A stretch of 64,000 nt of DNA from Moniliella sp. 'wahieum' (taxonomy: Eukaryota): NCBI GenBank assembly GCA_003971905.1, contig RSEE01000004.1:248001-312000 (forward strand), read 5' to 3'. The notes beneath the pieces were generated by a model. The model did not search any database. It was given only the letters and a program-made list of their open reading frames with translations, and was not told the DNA's origin. Every line of letters begins with the position of its first letter. Within the stretch, counting starts at the first letter, position 1. Position numbers and translations under genes: made by a program. Of this stretch, positions 63,401 through 64,000 are shown piece by piece.

Positions 63401-64000
63401 ACCAGGATAGGAGCTTCCTGTATACCATACTTAAGTCAGGCCTAAGCAAGGTAGGCCAGTGGCAGGCCCAGACTCAAATCCAGTTCAAGGCGGTTTGATG
63501 GCATGATCGGCTCAACAGCCTGAGAAGGGCGCAAGAGAGAGACACTTTCAATATTCATCCTCATTGAGCAAGGCCAAAGGGGGAAAACAGGAAGAGCGAG
63601 ATACGAATTCGAAGTGGAGATCAAGTTGCGAAATACCAATATTTGCTTGGCGCATCATGCACGCATCATTGCGACATGTTGGCGCGGTTCAACTCGTCAC
63701 GTTTACTTTCGCACATCCGCAGATAATGTCTCTCTTTCTCGCGTCTTCTCCGGTCACGGGCTCAAATTTCTCCCCCAGCTGCCAGGATCACTCGCAACAT
63801 GTCTATCGCAGGTCATCGAGTATACGTTGAGGGTAAGATGATGATTGAAGTGGGCGAAAATGCTCCAAGGATGATTGCGACCGCACGTTTTCCATGCGGG
63901 CATTGAATGGCAACCTGGAACAGAGGAACATTGACAACGCATTGCGCCACTTGGAGGACATTATGCTATAGGTATACAGTTCCGATGGGCCTCCTTCCGA

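Noticed and set aside
1..64000. Frameshifts in almost every gene suggesting mass pseudogenisation or programmed frameshifting
   Set aside because: They also hit essential genes (RPS5, ORC4, ATP4, RML2) and often fall in homopolymers, so uncorrected long-read indel errors are the simplest explanation

Overview
Eukaryotic, fungal DNA. It is GC-rich and intron-poor, with short GT..CTAAC..YAG introns, and is probably a basidiomycete of the Ustilaginomycotina type (inference). Nearly every gene, including RPS5, ORC4 and ATP4, carries scattered 1-2 nt indels, so the assembly looks like unpolished long-read sequence. Gene models were stitched across frames and many ends are approximate. Conserved genes: PMR1-type Ca/Mn ATPase (3' end), RPS5/RPS28 head-to-head, NudCD1, mitochondrial uL2, an Aa_trans amino-acid permease, ORC4, intron-containing tRNA-Glu(CTC), an ACU/Na,K-type P-ATPase, a C2H2 + fungal-TF-domain regulator, ArfGAP, LIM-RhoGAP (LRG1-like) and ATP4. 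Most interesting: (1) an LTR-less, intron-bearing Ty1/copia-derived gag-RT-RNaseH gene with eroded catalytic motifs and no integrase, a candidate domesticated retrotransposon gene; (2) a membrane NRPS-like A-T-(Pls-type C-terminal x3) polymer synthetase whose A domain looks like a carboxylate-CoA ligase, a candidate polymalate/polyester synthetase; (3) an inverted pair of orphan paralogs with near-identical 5' ends and diverged 3' halves around a ~10 kb segment, a possible flip-flop; (4) a pervasive intergenic 'TNA + 4-bp palindrome' heptamer repeat grammar. Two solo-LTR families with 5-bp TSDs are also present, and two of the insertions interrupt ORFs.
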